From NCBI GenBank assembly GCA_963816145.1, contig CAWFJP010000011.1:384001-448000 (forward strand): DNA of 64,000 nt. Direction: 5' to 3'. The notes under the pieces were generated by a model. That model did not search any database. It saw nothing but the letters and a program-made list of their open reading frames with translations, and was not told the origin of the DNA. Of the stretch, positions 1-12,300 are shown in pieces. The position numbers were made by a program, and so were the translations under genes. The stretch is from an uncultured delta proteobacterium. Its GTDB lineage: Bacteria > Desulfobacterota > Binatia > UBA9968. Positions within the stretch are counted from its first letter, which is position 1; each line of letters opens with the position of its first letter.

Positions 1-118
1 GTGTGTCTTCCGGGCTCTTGAGCATCACCGGGCGGCGCGGATACATCTCTTTGTCGAACATCGCCCACATCGCCTCGCCTTCGGATATATGCGTGTCCGC
101 ATCGATTATCCCTGCCAT
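1..118 (-). CDS. Amidohydrolase family protein, N-terminal part (runs off the window edge)
   Basis: Minus strand reads MAGIIDADTHISEGEAMWAMF..., an IDxDxH metal-binding start like the amidohydrolase at 48674; AGGAGG RBS upstream. Confidence 0.75.
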   Translation of the reverse strand, partial: MAGIIDADTHISEGEAMWAMFDKEMYPRRPVMLKSPEDT

Positions 119-324
119 ATGAATCCTCCTGAATTAGGTTCGTGATTAAGCTAAGCGGCAAGCTATCATGGCTGATTCCCCGCCCGCAACGGTGTCCCAC
201 CCGCGTGCCGCCCGCGCAACCGGCAAACTGCAAATTCCCGACCATCAGTTATAGTTTTTCTAGCTCGCGCCTATGTCAACTCGGGTAATTGCTGGTGTTC
301 GCGCGCTGTAAGAAAATCCAATGC

Positions 325-440
325 CACCACGAAAAACACGAAGATCACGAAGTTGGGCCCATTAGGGATCCGAAACCTGCGTAGATATCGGGGTGAAAGT
401 TCCCTTTCCGACTTCGCGCCCTTTGCGTCTTTGCGGGAGA
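325..440. repeat. Hybrid palindromic intergenic element (CACCACGAA-type left arm, CTTCGCGCC-CTTTGCG-type right arm)
   Basis: caccacgaaaaacacgaagatcacgaag at 325-352 resembles the arm at 1405; cttcgcgccctttgcgtctttgcgggaga at 412-440 resembles the right arm near 14190. Confidence 0.65.
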
Positions 441-453
441 TATTCCGAGTCGG

Positions 454-1356
454 CTAAGACTGCTTTACCGCGCCGGCCATCGCCCACTCCGTCGCGATCT
501 GCCGCGCATTGGCCGCCTTGTCGTTGGACACTTGGGCGACCAATTTGCCCATGTGCAGCATATCGATCTGCAACGATTCGTCCATGTAGCCGAGATAATC
601 GTCAAACGTCCGCTCGGCGAGCGAACGGTAGTGGCCGAATTTATCGATCAATAGCTGCACGACTTTGTCGCGATTGGCCTTGGCGTGAATAATCCCGTCG
701 CGGTGCGCCGCTAAAAACACCCTGAAATCCTGCTCGCGCTCACCGAGCAGTTGCTGCGTCGTTTCAATGGTGATCGGCAAAGGATCGTCGACCAAGTCAT
801 TCCAGTCAAGCATGCGGTGAAACCCCTTGTCTTCAGCGACAAACCCATAGGGCCGCGGCACGATCGCCGCGGCGGCCTTTCTGTCAAGCAGGGTATGAAA
901 CGCCTCTTGGTCGCTAGGGACAAGTTTGATTTGAAAATCAGTGCCCATGGCGATGCCGCCGAGTTGCTCGAACTGCCAGCGAAACGGCACGCCGCGCGCC
1001 GGCCCTTCGCGGCAGACGACGATCCGGTCTTTGAGATCTTTGATTTCTTTAATCGCCGCGTCGGCAACCAACAGATAAGGGCAAGTATTCATGGCGCAGC
1101 CCAACACCCGCGTCGACTTGGTGTCGAGAAAATGCTGCAGCGAAGCGCGGCCGACGACAAACGACACCTGCGCCTCGCCGCTACCCAGGCGACGATAGCG
1201 CTCTTCGGTTCCTTGGACATGATTCCACGAAACCTCGAGGCCATGCTTTTCATAAATGCCGTCGGCGATCGACAGGTAGCCCGTGATGTCGCGGGCGAAT
1301 TTGCCGTCGATGCCTTCGAGATGTCCGTACATACAGCTGAGCTTGGTTAGACTCAT
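454..1356 (-). CDS. SsuA/NMT1-like ABC-type substrate-binding protein
   Basis: 300 aa ORF with GIYEKHGLEV and IKEIKDLKDR motifs; AGGAG RBS; no clear signal peptide. Confidence 0.75.
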   Translation of the reverse strand: MSLTKLSCMYGHLEGIDGKFARDITGYLSIADGIYEKHGLEVSWNHVQGTEERYRRLGSGEAQVSFVVGRASLQHFLDTKSTRVLGCAMNTCPYLLVADAAIKEIKDLKDRIVVCREGPARGVPFRWQFEQLGGIAMGTDFQIKLVPSDQEAFHTLLDRKAAAAIVPRPYGFVAEDKGFHRMLDWNDLVDDPLPITIETTQQLLGEREQDFRVFLAAHRDGIIHAKANRDKVVQLLIDKFGHYRSLAERTFDDYLGYMDESLQIDMLHMGKLVAQVSNDKAANARQIATEWAMAGAVKQS

Positions 1357-1402
1357 GACCTTTTCTCCTTTGTGATGATTCCAGGTTTAGTGTGAAGATG
1401 TT

Positions 1403-1484
1403 TTCACCACGAAGGACACGAAGAGCACGAAGTTCGGAGTATTATTTTCCGAAACCTTCGTGTCCTTCGTGCCTTCGTGGTGAA
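1403..1484. repeat. Palindromic repeat with 9-nt periodic arms (REP-like)
   Basis: ttcaccacgaaggacacgaagagcacgaag ... cttcgtgtccttcgtgccttcgtggtgaa inverted arms. Confidence 0.85.
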
Positions 1485-1559
1485 CAAAACCATCTGAACG
1501 ACACACGTAAAGCCTGAAGACCTCTATATTACGGTTGGCGCCGGCAAACAAACTTGGTC

Positions 1560-1589
1560 TTGACAGTACTCCGGCAGCGGGACTAAATT
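1560..1589 (+). promoter_or_regulatory. Putative sigma70 promoter of the cupin gene
   Basis: TTGACA at 1560-1565, 17-18 nt spacer, (C)TAAATT; AAGGAGG RBS downstream. Confidence 0.4.
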
Positions 1590-1634
1590 CTGGACATCAT
1601 TAACGGCAAAATCATTTAACCAAAGGAGGGTCCC

Positions 1635-2066
1635 ATGAAAGTCTTAGATGTTCTGGAAATGTCGAAGGGCCGCAAAAAAGGCCAGCGCCGGATCGATCTT
1701 TTTCGCCGCGAGAATCTGGAAACCTGGATTCTGATTTTTCCCCCTGGCGACGTGCAAGTCATGCACAATCATCCGTCGGACCGGACCTATTATGTTCTGA
1801 CCGGCAAAGGTATCGTCAAAGGCCGCGACGAAACCCATGAGGTCACCCAGGGGCAGATCATCAGCATCCCAGCCCATGAGTTTTATGAAGGATCGAATCC
1901 CAATGACGAACCGATGATTCTGCTCGGCAACAGCCACAAAGCGACGGCGGAAGACGTCGCCAAAGCCGGCGGCCAAAGAAACGAAATCGACGCCAAGACC
2001 GGCAAGCGGGTAATTTTCCAGCATGGCGGCGGCCAAGACATGGGCGTGTTAGCCGACTGGAATTAA
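1635..2066 (+). CDS. Cupin domain protein
   Basis: PGDVQVMHNHP...YYVLTGKG...GQIISIPAHEFYE cupin motifs; strong RBS. Confidence 0.85.
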   Translation: MKVLDVLEMSKGRKKGQRRIDLFRRENLETWILIFPPGDVQVMHNHPSDRTYYVLTGKGIVKGRDETHEVTQGQIISIPAHEFYEGSNPNDEPMILLGNSHKATAEDVAKAGGQRNEIDAKTGKRVIFQHGGGQDMGVLADWN

Positions 2067-2087
2067 ACTAACCCATCCACCAAGACT

Positions 2088-2120
2088 AAGCCCGGTCGAG
2101 GCAACTCGCCGGGCTTTTTT
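2088..2120 (+). terminator. Rho-independent terminator
   Basis: aagcccggtcgag-gcaa-ctcgccgggc hairpin followed by tttttt, 21 nt after the cupin stop. Confidence 0.85.
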
Positions 2121-2157
2121 CTGGCCGTCAACAGTATCGCGCGAATGAGCTGGAACC

Positions 2158-2317
2158 AAACACGAAATCCGAAGCTCGAAACTCGAAACAAATCCAAATG
2201 GAGAAAAACTCAATGTTCCAAACTAACTCCTTCGGATTCGAGGTTTTGGATTTTCCGTATTTAGAATTTATTTTGGCCTCGGTTTGTTTGGGATTTCGAC
2301 ATTCGGATTTCGGATTT
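2158..2317. repeat. Palindromic repeat with ~7-nt periodic arms (AAATCCGAA/TTCGGATTT family)
   Basis: cacgaaatccgaagctcgaaactcgaaacaaatc ... gtttgtttgggatttcgacattcggatttcggattt; second copy at 13538. Confidence 0.8.
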
Positions 2318-3037
2318 TAGTCTCTCTCATCCCCTTCAGCCCCGCCTTTGCGTCCATACGCCCCTTGCAGCGTGCGAGTCTTGACGAAGAACATCATCTG
2401 CTCGTCGCTGCGAAACTTGCTCATGTCGTAGCGCTCGCGGTGAATCAATTCATCGAGGCCGCGGCGCGGCGGCGCCGCCACGGCGCTTTTGGCATAGCCG
2501 ATCGGCACCAAGTGATAAATGCGCAACGGCTCTGGGATGCCAAGCAGCGCCTTCAACATGGTTTCCATATACGGCGAATTGGCATCGCTGACATATTGCG
2601 ACGCAAGCCCTAGCGCCGTCGCCGCCAAGTGAATCAATAAGGTCGCGTTGGCCAAGCCGGTGATAAAGTGCGACTCGGCCTTCTCCAACTTGGTACGGAT
2701 CGGATAGGCTTCTTTGACCCTTGGATCACCGAGAATAACGATATGCACCGGCGCGTGGCGAAAGCCGTCGCCGGTCATCTTCGCCGTGCCGCGCACGGCC
2801 ATGTCCATCTCACGCTTCTGCTCCATCTGCTTGAGATAGTAATCGGCGATCTTGTGCCGCGTCGCGCGCTCGCGCACGATGACAAATTCCCAAGGCTGGG
2901 CGTTGCCCCCGGACGGAGCCCAGCGGGCACAATCGAGGATCGTCCGAATCGTCTCAGTCGGAAACTTCCCGGCTGCCGTCGTAGCCGCGAATACTGCGCC
3001 GCTGTTCGACTAGCGACTGCAAGTCAACGATGTTCAT
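2317..3037 (-). CDS. Nitroreductase family protein (one extra base near 2956)
   Basis: ATG at 3037 with GGAGG RBS gives MNIVDLQSLVEQRRSIRGY...; after a +1 shift it reads ARWAPSGGNAQPWEFVIV and joins the 186 aa ORF ending in the ...PIGY... motif. Confidence 0.85.
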
Positions 3038-3281
3038 TTTCCACCTCCGAAAGTATGATTACCGAATGGTATTTTCTTTTTGCGCCGGTTCACCTTATCA
3101 AGAACTGCGGCGGTGAACATAGTTTCTTGCTCCATGCGGAGTTACCACTTCGATTTAGCCGCCCCTCCAACTCGCCGAACTCCTGAACCTTTCCCCATTA
3201 AGGCCCCCTAATCGTTCCTTGACGCCGGGCATGCACCTGGCTTAGAAGTCAGCTCAGTTCCGGGAACAGGATCGGACATTG

Positions 3282-3359
3282 CACCGCAGAGGCGCGGAGC
3301 GCGCGGAGGGAATCCGTTATCTTAAAGCAACACTCTGTGAACTCTGTGTCGCCGCGGTG
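3282..3359. repeat. Palindromic repeat with 9-nt periodic arms (CACCGCAGAG family)
   Basis: caccgcagaggcgcggagcgcgcggag ... ctctgtgaactctgtgtcgccgcggtg, just upstream of the GAF kinase. Confidence 0.75.
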
Positions 3360-3390
3360 AAGAGTCTCTCCCCTTAATGCCGTAGCTCTT

Positions 3391-6300
3391 ATGGCGACGA
3401 CCAGCAAGAAAACGCCGAAGAAATCGCAGGCAAAGCCGCGAGCCAAGTCTGCTTCGCCGTCCGTTGCCAAGCTGAAAAACACCATCGCCGCGCAAGCGCG
3501 GGAGATCCGTGAAGGCGCGGAACAGCAGGTGGCAACGAGCGAGATCCTGCGGATGATCGCCAAGGCCCCAGGCGATCTCCAATCGGTCTTGGATACGCTG
3601 CTGGCCAACGCCGTAAAACTCTCTGGCGCAACACAAGGGCATATTCGCCAGTTTGACGGCGAGTTCCTGACGTATGTCTCGCATTTCAATGAGAGTCCCG
3701 AAGTTGTCGCCACTCTAAATCAACTGCCTCAGCGACCGCGGCCGGAGAGTATCAGCACCCGAGCTCTGACCGAGAAACACCCCGTCCACATTCTTGACGC
3801 GCAAGCGGAGCCAAATTTTCGCGGCCCTGCGGCGCAAGCTCATGCGCGCACAATGTTAGTCGCGCCGCTATTGCGGGAAGACGTTGGGATCGGAACGATC
3901 ACGATTTGGCGCGACTTCGTCGAGCCGTTTACGGATCGTCAAATCGAGCTGGTCAAAACTTTCGCCGACCAAGGCGTGATAGCCATCGAGAATGTTCGGC
4001 TCTTTAATGAACTCGAAGCGCGCAACCGTGATCTCAGCGAAGCGCTGGAGCAACAGACTGCGACAGCTGAAATTCTCGGTGTGATCGCCAGTTCTCCGAC
4101 CGATTTGAACCCGGTGCTGGAAGCCATTACCGAGCGGGCTGCGCGCGTCTGCGGCGCGGAAGACGCCGTCATGCGGCTCGTTGAAGGACATGTCATGCGC
4201 CTGGCGGCGCACTACGGATCGGTGCCCGATGTCGCAGTGGAGCGGCCGATCGATCGCCAATCGCCTCCCGGCCGCGCGGTGCTGGAGCGGGACATCGTCC
4301 ATATCGAGAATATTCAACTGGTGGCGGCGAGCGAATTCCCCGGGGTCGTCGACACTGCCAGGCGGACCGATACCGGGACGGTTCTAGCCGTGCCGTTAAT
4401 GCGAGAGGGAGTCGCCCTCGGCGTCATACATTTCCGCCCAATCGAAGTTCGTCCTTTTTCGGAAAAACAAATAGCTCTTCTCAAAAGCTTTGCCGATCAA
4501 GCCGTGATTGCCATCGAGAACGTGCGCCTGTTCCAAGAGCTGCAAGTTCGTAACCGCGACCTCACCGAAGCACTGGAGCAGCAAACCGCGACCGGCGAAG
4601 TCCTGCGGGTCATCGCTTCGTCACCGACGGAGTTGCAGCCGGTGCTCGACACACTGATCGCGAATGCGGTGAAGCTTGCCGGCGCCAAGCAGGGACATAT
4701 TCGCCAGCATGACGGTGAGTATTTTAGAGCCGTAGCGCATTACGGCGAGAGTCCAGAACTGGTGGACACCTTGCGCACCAACCCAATACGACCCGCTCCA
4801 GACACTCAGCTCGGTCGAGAATTCCTAACTCGCACACCGCTCCACATCCTCGACGCTCGGCTCGATCCTGACCGCCAAAATCTCGCAGCGCGAACCGGCG
4901 CTCGAACCCTGTTGGTCGTCCCGCTGCTACGAGAAGATAGTTCAATTGGCGGGATTACGATTTGGCGCGATGTCGTCGATCCTTTCAGCGACCGGCAGAT
5001 CGAGCTGGTCAAAACCTTCGCCGACCAGGCTGTCATCGCTATTGAGAACGTCCGCTTATTCCAAGAGCTGACTGAATCTCTCGACCAGCAAACTGCTACG
5101 AGCGAAATCCTGGGCGTGATTGCCAGCTCGCCGACGGATATACAACCGGTGCTCGATACCGTTGCAGCAAATGCCGCCCGCCTATGCGAGGCCAACGATG
5201 CGCAGATTTACCGCGTCGAAGGCGCGCTGATTCGCAAAGTCGCCATCCATGGAGATGTGCCTAGCCATCTTCCACTCGGTGAAACCAGGCCGTTAACCCG
5301 CGGTTCCGTTAGCGGCCGTGCGGTTCTCGACCGGGAAATGGTTCACTTTCATGACATGTGGGAAGCGCGCCAAGAGGACTTTCCGGACGTCCATTATCCG
5401 ACGAACGAAAGGTTGGGACTTCGGACGTTTCTTTCTATTCCGCTTCTGCGGGAAGGCGTTGCCATCGGCGTGATCACGATCCGTCGCCGGGAGGTGCAGC
5501 CGTTTACAGAAAAACAAATTGCCCTGCTCAAAACCTTCGCCGACCAAGCCGTCATCGCTATCGAAAACGTGCGGTTGTTCCAAGAACTGCAAGTTCGCAA
5601 CCGCGATCTTACCGAAGCGCTGGAGCAACAAACCGCCACCGGCGAAGTCCTGCGGGTCATCGCCAGCTCGCCGACGGACATTCAGCCCGTCCTCGATACG
5701 GTGGCCGCCAATGCAGCGTGCTTGTGTGACGCGACCAACGCGCAGATTTTCCGCGCCGATGGCGATGTCCTTCGTTTGGCCGCAAATTTCGGCGACCTCC
5801 CAGCACGGACGGAGATACTTTTGGGCTCCGGCACCGTTGGGAGCCGCGCGATCACCGAGCGGAGAACAGTTCATGTCCATGACCTTGACCAGTCCGCGGA
5901 GGAGTTCCCGGAGAGCCAGGGCGCCGGTTATCGCACCCGGCTAGCGACGCCATTACTGCGCGAAGGAGTCGTCCTTGGCGTGATCGGCATTCGCCGATTG
6001 GAAGTCCGGCCGTTTACTGACAGCCAAATCAAATTATTGGAGACCTTCGCCGCCCAGGCGGTGATCGCCATCGAGAACGTCCGGCTGTTCCAAGAACTCA
6101 AGGAATCCCTCGAACAGCAGACTGCGACGAGTGAAATTTTGGGCGTCATTGCTAGCTCGCCGACGGATATTCAGCCGGTGCTCGATGCGGTAATTGCCAA
6201 TGCGGTGAAATTGTCCGGGGCTACCAAGGGCCATGTCCGTCGGCTGGAAAATGGATTTCTCCACGTAGTCGCGCACTGTAACGAAACTCCTGAACAGATC

Positions 6301-9300
6301 GAGTATCTAAGCGCTAATCCGATTCCTGTCTCGCGGAGCGTTTCGATCCTTGAAAATCGAGTCGTCCACCGACACGACCTTCAGGAACGAAATCAAATGC
6401 TTGGTATAGACTCGTTCTTGGGAGCGCGGACCCAATTGGGTGTGCCTTTGCAGCGTGAGGGAATAGCAATTGGCAATATCATGATTTGGCGGGATGTCGT
6501 CGAGCCGTTTACCGACCGGCAAATCGATCTGGTCAAAACCTTCGCCGACCAAGCGGTCATCGCCATCGAGAACGTGCGGCTGTTCAATGAACTGCAGCAG
6601 CGCAACCGTGATCTCACTGAAGCGCTGGAGCAGCAGACGGCGACGAGCGAGATTCTGGGTGTTATTGCCAGTTCGCCGACCGATCTGACACCCGTCCTAG
6701 AAACCGTGGCGAGGAACGCGGCGCGGCTTTGTGAAGCGAAGAGCGCGCAGGTGTATCGCACCGATGGCGATTTGCTGCGGCTTGCCGCGAACTACGGGGA
6801 ACTGCACGCGGGAGAGACCAGGCCGATTGGCCGAGGCACAGTGAGCGGCCGCGCAGTTGTCGATCGCAAAACCATTCACACCGACGAACGCATCCAATAT
6901 GCAGTGGAGTTCCCCGACAGTAAGAGCGCTAGCGGCGAAACGCGTCTGTCGACGCCGTTGCTGCGCGAAGGTGTTGCCATCGGCGTAATCGGCATTCGCC
7001 GCACCGAACTGCGACCATTCACCGAAAGCCAAATCAAGCTCATCGAGACCTTTGCTAAGCAGGCCGTGATTGCGATCGAAAATGTGCGGCTGTTCAACGA
7101 ACTGAAGGAGTCACTGGAGCAGCAAACGGCGACGAGCGAAATCTTGGGCGTCATTGCCAGCTCGCCGACAGACATCCAACCGGTGCTCGACACTGTGGCT
7201 CAAAACGCGCTGCGAGTTTGTGGAGCGGAAGACGCGCTGGTCTGGCGTCTAGACGGAAGCACCCTCCGGCTTGTCGCCAACTGCGGTTCACTGCCGGCAC
7301 GACCTATTGGGTCCGAGCGCCAGGTAGACCATGGCTCCATCACCGGGCGAGCGGTGATCGAACGGCAGACCGTTCATGTGCAGGATGTCGCGGGAGCCGC
7401 AGCAGAATTCCCAAGTATGCGCGGCTTAATTGGGGCGGGTACCGCGCTTGCTACGCCACTGCTGCGGGAAGGCGTACCGATCGGTGTGATTCATATTCGC
7501 CGGATGGAAATCGGTCCGTTCTCGGACAAGCAAATATCCCTGCTTAAGACCTTCGCCGACCAGGCGGTGATCGCCATCGAAAACGTGCGCTTGTTCAAGG
7601 AACTCGGCGAGCGCAATGCGGAGCTGCGCGAGGCGCTGGAGCATCAGACGGCGACCGCCGAGGTGCTCGGTATCATCAGCCGCTCGCCGACAGACGTGCA
7701 GCCGGTCCTCGACGCCATTGTCGAGAGCGCGGCAAAGGTTTGCGGGATCGATGACGTGGTGCTGCGACTCATTGAAGGGGACGCAATGGTCGCCCGTGCG
7801 CATTTTGGTCCCCTTGCAATACCGACGACCCGCGCAGCAATCACTATGGATGAACCACGGTTTTCCTGGATGCGCGAGCATGGAACGCTGCACATTCCTG
7901 ATGTCCGCGAGCAACAGGATTTTCCGGGTCTAGGTTCGGTGATTAGTTTCCGCACGTTCTTAGCCGTGCCGCTCAAACAACAAGGGCAATTCATTGGAAC
8001 ACTTAACGCACGTCGCACCGAGGTGCGCCCCTTCACCCCGGTGCAAATCAAGCTGATGGAAACCTTCGCTGACCAAGGCGTGATCGCCATCGAGAATGTG
8101 CGGTTGTTCAAAGAATTGCAAGAACGCAACCGCGATCTCACCGAGGCGCTGGAGCAACAGACAGCGACGAGTGAGATTCTGCGCGTCGATCGCCAGCTCG
8201 CCGACGGATATGCAGCCGGTGCTGGACACAGTTATCGCCAATGCCGTGAAACTATGCGAGCGCAAAAGAAGCGGCCACGTGTGGCAGGTTGATGGAGACC
8301 GACTGCAAGTGAGTGGCATTGCGGCACGGTCGAGACTCCCGAAGAAGTTGCCGTTACTTACGAGTAGACCACTGCAATTTGGAGCACGAAGTCCATCAGC
8401 TCGTGCTTTTCGTCGAGGGCAGGCCACGTTCAATCTCAGGACGCGCAACTAGAACTGCCAGAATCGATAGCTCGGATAGTTCAAACCGGAATGCGCACGA
8501 TCTTGGGAGTACCTCTGTTGCGCGAAGGGATCCGCTATCGGAACGATCACAATTCGGCGCGATGTAGGTGCAACCGTTCACCGATCGTCAAATAGAGCTG
8601 TTGCAAACCTTCGCCGACCAAGCCGTCATCGCCATCGAGAACGTCCGCTTGTTCAAAGAACTCGACGAGCGCAATGCGGAGCTGCGCGAGGCGCTGGAGC
8701 ATCAGACGGCGACCGCCGAGGTGCTCGGCATCATCAGCCGCTCGCCGACAGACGTGCAGCCGGTCCTCGACGCCATCGTCGAGAGCGCCGCCCGGGTTTG
8801 TCGGATCGATGACGTGCTGCTGCGACTCCAACAGGGAGACACTATGACTGTGCGAGCCCATTTTGGCCCCGTAGCCGTTGGAGTCGTCGAATTTAGTATT
8901 GATACGCCACAGTATCGCTGGATGCGCGATTACGGCACGCTCCACGTTCCCGACGCCCGCGCCGCGCAGAATGATTTTCCAATGATGGGTGTCGTCGGCG
9001 GGTGGCGCAGCTTCTTGGGCGTTCCCCTTCGCCAGCAGGGAGAATTCATCGGAGTACTGAACGCACGTCGCACCGAGGTGCGCCCCTTCACCCCGGCGCA
9101 GATCAAACTGCTTGAAACCTTCGCCGACCAAGCGGTGATCGCCATCGAGAACGTGCGCCTATTCCGGGAACTCGGCGAGCGCAATGCGGAATTGCGCGAG
9201 GCCCTGGAGCATCAGACCGCAACCGCCGAGGTGCTCGGCATCATCAGCCGCTCGCCCACCGACGTCCAGCCTGTGCTTGACGCTATCGTGGAGAGCGCCG

Positions 9301-12300
9301 CCCGGGTTTGCGGGATCGATGACGTGGTGCTCCGACTCCGCGAGGGAGACATAATGGTTTCGCGGGGGCATTTTGGTCCCATACCTATGACGCGTGGGCA
9401 GATTGGCACGGATGAGCCGCATGTCCGCTGGATGCATGAACACGGTACGCTTCACATTCCCGATCTCCACGCGCAGAGCGATTTTCCAATGTTGGGGGCC
9501 ATCGCCGGCAACAACCGCGTATGGTTAGGCGTGCCCCTTCGCCAGCAGGAGGAACTCATTGGATATGTGGCCGCACGTCGGACAGAGGTGCGTCCATTCA
9601 CCCCAGCGCAGATCAAGCTGATGGAAACGTTTGCCGATCAAGCCGTGATTGCCATCGAAAACGTGCGACTGTTTCAAGAACTCACTGAATCCCTGGAGCA
9701 GCAAACCGCCACGAGTGAAATCTTGGGCGTCATCGCCAGCTCGCCGACGGATATTCAGCCGGTGCTCGATGTGGTTGCTGAAAACGCGGCGCGGCTCTGT
9801 GACGCAACGGATGCGATAATACACCGCCGCGAGGGTGAATTGGCTCGCGCCGTGGCGTTTTATGGACCACTCGGGCCGACCAGACCTGTCGGAGAAGCGT
9901 TCCGACCTTCTAGATCGGAGGTGCCTGGACGGGCGATGCTAGACGGCAAAACGGTTCACGTTCATGACATCGCGGCAGATCTCGACGCAGAGTTTCCGGA
10001 ATCCAGAGCACACCAACAGATAAGCGGTTCGCGCACGATCCTGGTTACGCCGCTGCTCCGTGAGGGCGTCGCCATCGGTGTAATCATGATTCGCCGCACC
10101 GAAGTTCGTCCGTTCCCGGACAAGCAGATCAAACTGCTTGAAACCTTCGCTAGACCAAGCCGTCATCGCCATCGAGAACGTCCGCTTGTTTAAAGAACTC
10201 GACGAGCGCAATGCGGAGTTGCGCGAGGCGCTGGAGCATCAGACGGCGACGGCCGAGGTGCTCGGCATCATCAGTCGCTCGCCGACGGACGTGCAGCCGG
10301 TCCTCGACGCCATCGTCGAGAGCGCGGCTCGGGTTTGTGGGATCGATGACGTCTTGCTGCGACTCCACGAGGGAAACGCTATGACAGTGCGGGCTCATTT
10401 TGGTCCCATACCCATGAGCCGCGTCGAGATCGGTATTGATGAGCCACAATTCCGCTGGATGCGCGAGCATGGCACGCTTCACATCCCCGACGTCACCGAG
10501 TGGAACGATTTCCAAGTCGTGACCGCCGGCGGCTGGCGCACCCACTTATCTGTTCCGCTTCATCAGCAAGGGGAATTCATTGGAGGACTGACCGCACGTC
10601 GCATCGAGGTGCGCCCGTTCACCCCGGCGCAGATCAAGTTGCTCGAGACCTTCGCCGATCAAGCCGTCATTGCCATCGAGAACGTCCGCCTGTTCCACGA
10701 GCTGGAAGCGAAAAACCGCGATCTCACCGAAGCGCTGGAGCAGCAAACGGCGACGAGTGACATTCTCGCGGTCATTAGCAGCGCGCCGACCGAATTGCAG
10801 CCGGTGTTCAATACCATCGCCGAGCATTCGGTCAAGCTATGTGGCGGCCTCTTTAGTTCTGTCTATCGCTTCGATGGCGAGCTAATTCACATGGTAGCCG
10901 ATCACAACTATCCACCGATCGCCCTGGAACGATCCCGGCAGCTCTTTCCAACCCGACCGGGCCGACATCTGTTCACGGCGCGAGCCATCCTCGATCGCGC
11001 GGTCATCCACGTCCCCGATGTCGCGCGTGATACCGAGCATGCCGACCTTAATGTCACCGAAGAGTCGCGCTTCCGAAGCGTATTGTCCGTGCCGATGCTC
11101 CGCGGAAACAACCCCATTGGCGCAATCACAGTTTGGCATGCCGACATCGGACCGTTCACACAGAAGCACGTGGCGCTGCTGCAAACCTTCGCCGACCAGG
11201 CCGTCATCGCCATTGAGAACGCGCGCTTATTCCAGGAACTGGCAGCGCGCAACCGCGATCTCTCTGAAGCGTTGGAGCAACAGACCGCCACGAGCCAGAT
11301 ACTTGGTGTCATCGCCAGTTCGCCGACCGACATTCAGCCGGTGCTGGACGTTGTCGCCGAAAACGCGGCGCGGCTATGCGAGGCAACCGACGCGGTAATT
11401 CATCGCATTGATGGCGACAAGCTCCGACCAGTGGCTAATTACGGGCCGTTGCCGGGACGGGGGGGGCGGGAATTCATTCCAATAGTCCGTGACCATATAC
11501 CCGCCCGAGCCATAATTGACCGGCGAACCCTTCACATCGATGACCTGGCAGCAGTGCCAGAGAGTGACCTTCCAGCGGGTTTCGCCAGACGTGTCGGCGT
11601 TCGGACGGTGTTGGCCACGCCGTTGCTGCGCGAGGGAATTCCCATCGGGACGATTCATATCCGCCGCATGGAGGTCCGACCTTTTACCGATAAGCAGATC
11701 AAGCTCCTTGAAACGTTTGCCGCCCAAGCGGTCATCGCCATAGAAAACGTGCGCTTGTTCCAAGAGCTCAAGGAATCGCTGGAGCAGCAAACTGCGACGA
11801 GTGAAATCTTGGGTGTTATCGCCAGTTCGCCGACTGACATCCAACCGGTGTTAGACGTAGTTGCGGAAAATGCGGCCCGGCTGTGTGATGCGTTTGACGC
11901 ACTAATACTTCGAGTCGATGGAGACACTCTCCGGGATGTTGCGAAGTATGGGTCCGTGCCCACTCCAGGCTACCCTTTGCCTGTCACTCGCGGCACGCCT
12001 GTCGGTCGTGCTGTCACCGACAGACATACGATCCACGTTCATGATCTCACGGCGGAGGTGGAAACCGAGTTCCTAGAATCCAAGACAAGACAGGAAATTA
12101 GCGGCTCTCGAACCGCACTCGCTACACCGTTGCTGCGAGAGGGGATTCCCATCGGGGCTATCGTCATCCGCCGCACGGAAGTTCGCCCCTTTTCGGATAA
12201 GCAGATTAAACTTCTTGAAACCTTCGCCGACCAGGCCGTGATCGCCATCGAAAACGTCCGGCTGTTCCAAGAACTCGAAGCGCGCACTCGCGAGCTGGCG

